Below, piece by piece: positions 59,238 through 64,000 of a DNA stretch of 64,000 nt (positions are counted from its first letter, which is position 1; every line of letters begins with the position of its first letter). The notes beneath the pieces were generated by a model. That model searched no databases. It had not been told where the DNA came from and was given only the letters and a program-made list of their open reading frames with translations. The DNA is taken from IMG/VR virus record IMGVR_UViG_3300027733_000001. One strand, given 5' to 3'. Source of the stretch: a virus. Both the position numbers and the translations under genes were made by a program.

Positions 59238-60023
59238 CTAGTGTCTTCTCATTGCCTGCTGATATAAAGGATTATTATACACTTCCTGCGCTTTCATGCC
59301 AGGATGATACATCTGTCGAATAGCTTCGGCTTTCGCTCTATCTAGTCTAGAATTGGCGTTATAGCTTCCCATGATTCTTCTTAGTTCGCTAGCACTAGGT
59401 CCAGGAGCTGCCTGCTGATATCCTACTGCTCCTCCCATAGATCTTGGAGCATTCAGGAATTGAGCGTCGTCCATCTGGGCTGGAACTGCACTAGCTAGTG
59501 GTCTTGCTTGTACTGGCTGCACTGGTCTTGTTTGCTGAACAGGTTGAGCTGGCTGAACAGGTTGAGCTGGCTGAACAGGTTGAGCTGCTTGTCTTGGCCA
59601 GCTTATACCAGAATATGGAGCTGCTCCTCCAGTATTTGTTTGCTGCACTGGTTGTACTGGGCTTGCCTGTTGGACAGGTTGAGCTGCTGGTTGCATAGGG
59701 CTAGGCTGTACAGGACGCTGAGCTGCCTGCTGCTGAGGAGCTACAGGGCTAGCCTGATTTACATGATCTGCTAGGTTTTGATAGTATTCTATCGGTCTTT
59801 TGGGTGCCTGCATCTCTGAAGGCTTTTCAAAAATCAGTTGCTCTGATGCAGGTAATACTGCACTAGACATAGGTCTAGGTTTAAACGAGCTTGTAGGAGC
59901 GGTAGGCATCTGCATATTAGTTACTGCAGATTTGTACAGCTCAAGAGCTCTACTATATTCCACTCCACACTGATCTGCTCGTTTAACAAACCCTTCAAAG
60001 AATGCTTGGTCTTGGTCTGTCAT
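59238..60023 (-). CDS. leader-family protein, Pro/Gln/Ala disordered cargo
   Basis: Leader QAFFEGFVKRADQCGVEYSRALELYKSA; QPAQPV repeats. Confidence 0.7.
   Translation of the reverse strand: MTDQDQAFFEGFVKRADQCGVEYSRALELYKSAVTNMQMPTAPTSSFKPRPMSSAVLPASEQLIFEKPSEMQAPKRPIEYYQNLADHVNQASPVAPQQQAAQRPVQPSPMQPAAQPVQQASPVQPVQQTNTGGAAPYSGISWPRQAAQPVQPAQPVQPAQPVQQTRPVQPVQARPLASAVPAQMDDAQFLNAPRSMGGAVGYQQAAPGPSASELRRIMGSYNANSRLDRAKAEAIRQMYHPGMKAQEVYNNPLYQQAMRRH
59534..59587. repeat. 3 x 18-bp tandem repeat
   Basis: GCTGAACAGGTTGAGCTG x3, encoding QPAQPV on the minus strand. Confidence 0.9.
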
Positions 60024-60034
60024 ATTATGCTAGA

Positions 60035-60322
60035 TTATTTAACTACCAAGTTTGGATTTGTTTGAGGAGGACCTTTGGACACAGGCTGCTTTGGCGCCAG
60101 TGTAGGCTGACCTGTTTTCCATTCATTCCACATTTCTCCAAAAGTTTTAACTCCGTTATATGGAGCTAGCTGAGTTTTACTAGGTAGTGAAATTGCTGCT
60201 GGCTGAACTACACCTGTAGTAGGTCCTGCCTGCTTGAGGATATATAGGGCTTCATCTTCACTATAACCATATTCGCTAGCTTTCTTAACGAATCCATTGA
60301 TGTATGCTTGTTCTTTTGTCAT
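60035..60322 (-). CDS. leader-family protein, short Pro-rich cargo
   Basis: Leader QAYINGFVKKASEYGYSEDEALYILKQA. Confidence 0.7.
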   Translation of the reverse strand: MTKEQAYINGFVKKASEYGYSEDEALYILKQAGPTTGVVQPAAISLPSKTQLAPYNGVKTFGEMWNEWKTGQPTLAPKQPVSKGPPQTNPNLVVK

Positions 60323-60327
60323 ATGTT

Positions 60328-60858
60328 TTATCCCTGAGGTATTGTGTTCTGTTGTTCGAATCTGTTGTTTGCTGCTGCTTGCTGATTGATATGTCTACCT
60401 ACGTCTCTAGCTTTATTCAGATAGCTGAGCCCGGTAGATGGAATGATGCCGGCAGGTCCTCCCATCAAAGCAGCATTGCTGAGTGTATCTATGCCTGCCC
60501 CTATAAAATCTCCTTCGGCTGCTCTTGCTACAGGGCCTGCAACATGTCCTAGAACAGGAACTGCACTAGCGATTGCTCCTCTACTCATAGGTACTGCTGT
60601 ATTGGTAGGAGTATACGGGCTTGTTTTTTGCACAGGCACACCCTTCTGAGGAAAGTCCATGATTGCTGCGCTTCCTGGTGTAGGGTTAGGATTAGCATTC
60701 CTGGTAGCGATTCCTGCATTGATCTGATTGTTGGTTCTGAAACCAGGGCGAACTGGTGCTTGAGCCTGTTTGAATATATTCAGCGCTTCTTCTTCACTAT
60801 ATCCGTACTCATTTGCTCTTTTTACAAAGCCAATTAGAAAACTTCTATCTGTACTCAT
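60328..60858 (-). CDS. leader-family protein, amphipathic Gly/Ala cargo
   Basis: Leader RSFLIGFVKRANEYGYSEEEALNIFKQA. Confidence 0.7.
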   Translation of the reverse strand: MSTDRSFLIGFVKRANEYGYSEEEALNIFKQAQAPVRPGFRTNNQINAGIATRNANPNPTPGSAAIMDFPQKGVPVQKTSPYTPTNTAVPMSRGAIASAVPVLGHVAGPVARAAEGDFIGAGIDTLSNAALMGGPAGIIPSTGLSYLNKARDVGRHINQQAAANNRFEQQNTIPQG

Positions 60859-60859
60859 A

Positions 60860-61204
60860 TTATTTCTGGTTGTTTGTTTTCAGCTTTTCTTTCCAAACAC
60901 CAGCGTCTACTACGACGTTTGGATTTATATTTTTATAGCATCCGTTGTGTCCTATAAGCAAGTGGCAAATAATTCCATAGCTCTTAGATTCACACATAGT
61001 AATAAGATTGCTAGGCTCTAGTTCTAGTTCTGGATGCTCATGAAAAGGTTTGATGTGATGCACCTCGAGCTTGTTCTTGTCTCCGCACACAGCACACTCA
61101 CTGTTCTTTTCCAGATGGTGTTTCCTTACGGTAGGCCAGTGGCTTGATCTTTTTGCTCCGCTAGGAGCCTTGCCCTGCAGTATGTCTTTTACGCGCTTGA
61201 TCAT
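60860..61204 (-). CDS. HNH endonuclease
   Basis: CAVCG...LEVHHIKP...NLITMC...CHLLIGH. Confidence 0.9.
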   Translation of the reverse strand: MIKRVKDILQGKAPSGAKRSSHWPTVRKHHLEKNSECAVCGDKNKLEVHHIKPFHEHPELELEPSNLITMCESKSYGIICHLLIGHNGCYKNINPNVVVDAGVWKEKLKTNNQK

Positions 61205-61208
61205 AGTC

Positions 61209-63257
61209 CTAGCTTTTTAGACGCTCTATAAGCTGATTATTGAAAGCTTCATCCTCGGCAATTTCACTGAGTGTTCTAGAATCTTTTGCAGTGGTAGCCT
61301 CTCGTTTCAGCTGCTTCACCAGATCTTTTGCAGGTTTTCTAGACTCTTTTATTTCTTTTCTTATAGCTTCAGATTTAGCTCTCCAGTGTGTAGGTTGATC
61401 TAGCTGCGTTCTTGTCTGCATGTCTTTTAGATGAAAACGTAACGCATCCCCTGGAGATATAAATTTATTATCGCTCAATTGCTCGTATTTTCGCCCAAAA
61501 TCGCTATCCATTTTATTCAAGTCAGCTTCGCGTTTTTCCAGCCGTCTATATTCAGGACTTGCACGATGTTTACGTATATCTTCAATTTTTCCTCTACCAT
61601 CTGCAATTGCATGATTTATCGTGCGATTATCTGGGTTGTCTGGGAACATTTTTTTGACTTTAGCTCTATAAAAATTATCTGCTTTTCCTGCATCTCTCAT
61701 GTTGGCACACATTAATCGGAGGCGTAGTGCCTCTACCTTTGCATCGTCCATGAAATCAGGCAAAATCCTCTCAACTTCCTTTTTGTGATACTTTTCGAAT
61801 ATTTTTGGCTCTTTGGTCGCATGTAGTGCTTTGCCTCCTGTTCTACCTAAAATACCTCCAGCTGTACCAAAAAGTAATGCGCCTTTGAGACCAGCTTTTA
61901 ATTTTGACTCTGCTGGTTCGCCAGTTTCAGGATCTTTTGCAACATTTGATACCCCACGTATTCCTCCGTATATTCCTCCAATTCCTGCTCCGGCCAGAGT
62001 ACCACCATTTATGTAGTTTTTTTCTACGTCAGCTAATGTTTTACTTAGTCCCTTAGACCTGTAGGCCTGCGTATGCGCTTTACTTAGATATTTCTGCTTT
62101 ATATCTTCAGGCACCCTTATGTTGAAAGCCTGCTTGTCTAGGCTTCCAGCCTTTAACTGAGGTATATTGTCTGAATAGACTCCTGTAATCGGGTCCATGT
62201 TTACAGGCTTTGCAGTCCTTTTCATATGCTCAATTTCTTCTTTTGAGAACTTTGGAGCTGGCGCCTTGTAGCCGTTAACAATGACATCGTTCACACTGTC
62301 TGGTTTAAGCTTAGAAGCATTTCTCGCCAGATCGTTTGCAAGTTGATGTCCTCTTCTTCCTCTAGACGGCCCCATACTCTTTAGATGTACATCCTCAATT
62401 CCACTACTGCGAATTCCGTGTTTTTGGCGATAAGCTTTTCTAAGCTCAAGCACTTCGTCTATTATTTTTTTATCGTGGTTTGAAACACGCATTCCGCTTA
62501 TACCGCCGGCTCTATGGTTCTCTAAGCGTTCCCTAAATTTTCCTTTCGCTGTACTAGCGCCTATAGCTCCCCATGTAGCTGCACCTATACCTCCTGATAT
62601 CAAACCGTTCTTTATTGCGTTTTTCATACTACTATCACCGTCAGGAGATGATCCTTGAAGTGTACTCAATCCGCTAAGTCCTCCATGTACCAACCCTCCG
62701 GCTGTACCGCTAATCAGTGCAGCCTTTAGCCTCTCCTTCAAATAAGCATCTTGTAGAATTTTGCTTGGAGATATGTGAGTGGCCCTTTTATTCAATCTAG
62801 CTAGCATGTTCTCTTTGACTTTGTCGGCTAGATTAATATTTTTTGTGTCTTTGTCTGCTTGTCGATAGATGTATTTGCCTGCTCTGGAAATATTCTCAGG
62901 AGCATTCTCGGCTATTCTACTCAAAGAATTGCCATAGTCTTGCATAGGTCCTCTGACACTCCAACGGCGACCTAATTCGCCAGCACCTGCACCTAATGCT
63001 GCCCCTGCACCCAAACCAACACCTGCATGTCCACCCATAGCTTTGAGATACTCTGTTATTTTAGCTTTAGTATCAAGCTCATCTAGCTCTCCATTACGAT
63101 GCCTGTTTATTGTTTTAGCTAGACCCACAGTTCCGCCCACGCCAGCACCAGTCAATCCTCCAGCTACAGCACCTACAGTTTTATAACCTTTGTGTTTATC
63201 TAGCATCAGCCGCTCTATTGCAGCTGTGTAAAGTTTTCTTTTTTGTTCGGGTGTCAT
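61209..63257 (-). CDS. 682-aa protein with three Gly-zipper hairpin modules separated by K-x-A
   Basis: Modules start at the N-terminus, after LNKRA and after LDKQA. Confidence 0.7.
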   Translation of the reverse strand: MTPEQKRKLYTAAIERLMLDKHKGYKTVGAVAGGLTGAGVGGTVGLAKTINRHRNGELDELDTKAKITEYLKAMGGHAGVGLGAGAALGAGAGELGRRWSVRGPMQDYGNSLSRIAENAPENISRAGKYIYRQADKDTKNINLADKVKENMLARLNKRATHISPSKILQDAYLKERLKAALISGTAGGLVHGGLSGLSTLQGSSPDGDSSMKNAIKNGLISGGIGAATWGAIGASTAKGKFRERLENHRAGGISGMRVSNHDKKIIDEVLELRKAYRQKHGIRSSGIEDVHLKSMGPSRGRRGHQLANDLARNASKLKPDSVNDVIVNGYKAPAPKFSKEEIEHMKRTAKPVNMDPITGVYSDNIPQLKAGSLDKQAFNIRVPEDIKQKYLSKAHTQAYRSKGLSKTLADVEKNYINGGTLAGAGIGGIYGGIRGVSNVAKDPETGEPAESKLKAGLKGALLFGTAGGILGRTGGKALHATKEPKIFEKYHKKEVERILPDFMDDAKVEALRLRLMCANMRDAGKADNFYRAKVKKMFPDNPDNRTINHAIADGRGKIEDIRKHRASPEYRRLEKREADLNKMDSDFGRKYEQLSDNKFISPGDALRFHLKDMQTRTQLDQPTHWRAKSEAIRKEIKESRKPAKDLVKQLKREATTAKDSRTLSEIAEDEAFNNQLIERLKS

Positions 63258-63266
63258 ATCTTTAAT

Positions 63267-63298
63267 ATTATATAAGATCGCTCTAATCTCTGATAGCT
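63267..63298 (-). promoter_or_regulatory. putative promoter AGCTATCAG-N17-TATAAT
   Basis: Same motif and spacing as at 20393-20424. Confidence 0.5.
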
Positions 63299-63350
63299 AA
63301 AAAAAAGAATTCTCCCGCCCTCTACTAGAGAGGGGCGGGAGATCCTTTTT
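63299..63350. terminator. bidirectional intrinsic terminator
   Basis: A8...TCTCCCGCCC-N12-GGGCGGGAGA...T5. Confidence 0.8.
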
Positions 63351-63415
63351 ACCAACCACGGAAAAAGTGTTTGGTTCGTCAGGATCCATTACCCTTATCC
63401 TGACGAACCTTTACC

Positions 63416-64000
63416 CTACCTACGCTGGTGGCGCTTACCGTTATGGCGCTGCCTGTAGGGCTGCTGCTGATTAGGCATTGTTTTCATGGCCTGTTCCAGC
63501 TTAGCTGCAATCTCCTGGTTTATCACAGGAGCAGGTTCGATGCTCACCTTACTCACTGCTTCCTCTGCCATGAGCTCTCTCCCTACATCGTCAACCATTT
63601 TGAGGATGGCGTCAGCTGTAGCCTTCTGAACTTCTTCAGGAGACAGTTTTTCTTCCTCTAGCTGTACTTGCAGCTCTTCCACCTTTGCTTCTGTTTCCGT
63701 GACGATTTCCACCACTGCAGCAGATGCTTCGGGTGACAACTCTTCTCTATCCGCAATCACATCTACAGTGATTTCGTCAAGCTTTGCTTGAGCTATGGAT
63801 ACCTCCGTGGGAGGTATCACTTCTATGACGATCACCTCTGCCACAGGCTCAGGAGTTACCTCAGCTGCAGGAGCAGGAGCTGCCACAGGCTCAGGAGTTA
63901 CCTCAGCTGCAGGAGCAGGAGCTGCCACAGGCTCAGGAGTTACCTCAGCTGCAGGAGCAGGAGCTGCCACAGGCTCAGGAGTTACCTCAGCTGCAGGAGC
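63416..64000 (-). CDS. acidic protein with Pro/Ala/Glu repeats (N-terminus beyond window edge)
   Basis: The frame is open to the window edge; PEPVAAPAPAAEVT repeats, then an acidic helical region and a basic C-tail. Confidence 0.65.
   Translation of the reverse strand, partial: APAAEVTPEPVAAPAPAAEVTPEPVAAPAPAAEVTPEPVAAPAPAAEVTPEPVAEVIVIEVIPPTEVSIAQAKLDEITVDVIADREELSPEASAAVVEIVTETEAKVEELQVQLEEEKLSPEEVQKATADAILKMVDDVGRELMAEEAVSKVSIEPAPVINQEIAAKLEQAMKTMPNQQQPYRQRHNGKRHQRR
63840..64000. repeat. 42-bp tandem repeat, at least 3.8 copies
   Basis: GCCACAGGCTCAGGAGTTACCTCAGCTGCAGGAGCAGGAGCT units running off the edge. Confidence 0.9.

Noticed and set aside
51435-60315. Duplicated segments as a DGR template/variable-repeat pair
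   Set aside because: The copies are identical with no adenine-specific mismatches, they are N-terminal rather than C-terminal, and no reverse transcriptase is in the window.

Overview
A 64-kb slice of a very large tailed-phage (jumbo phage) genome. It is gene-dense, uses the standard bacterial code, has sigma70-like promoters and intrinsic terminators, and shows no visible Shine-Dalgarno motifs. No tRNA, rRNA, CRISPR array or integrase was recognised. Left arm (1-21.8 kb, mostly + strand): Gly-rich putative virion-internal proteins; two separated and oppositely oriented fragments of an RNA polymerase beta subunit; a SET-domain protein; fibre/Ig-like proteins; and a nucleotide-metabolism block (dCMP deaminase, class II B12-dependent ribonucleotide reductase, PduO cobalamin adenosyltransferase, PhoH, Nudix). 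Middle (21.8-50.5 kb, all - strand): a 27-repeat Trp/Asn-rich fibre, five glycosyltransferase genes and five Gly-X-Thr collagen-like proteins (up to 2418 aa). Right arm (50.6-64 kb, - strand): proteins sharing a ~33-aa N-terminal leader and recurring K-x-A motifs, fused to varied cargo, plus an NPH-I/D6-like SF2 helicase, a holin-like protein and two endonucleases. Strongest candidates for undescribed biology: (1) a leader/K-x-A capsid-targeting and processing system for modular cargo; (2) a beta subunit split into at least three genes; (3) a collagen-fibre self-glycosylation island; (4) a four-way-junction RNA between two glycosyltransferase genes. All family assignments come from motif recognition by eye; no database search was run.
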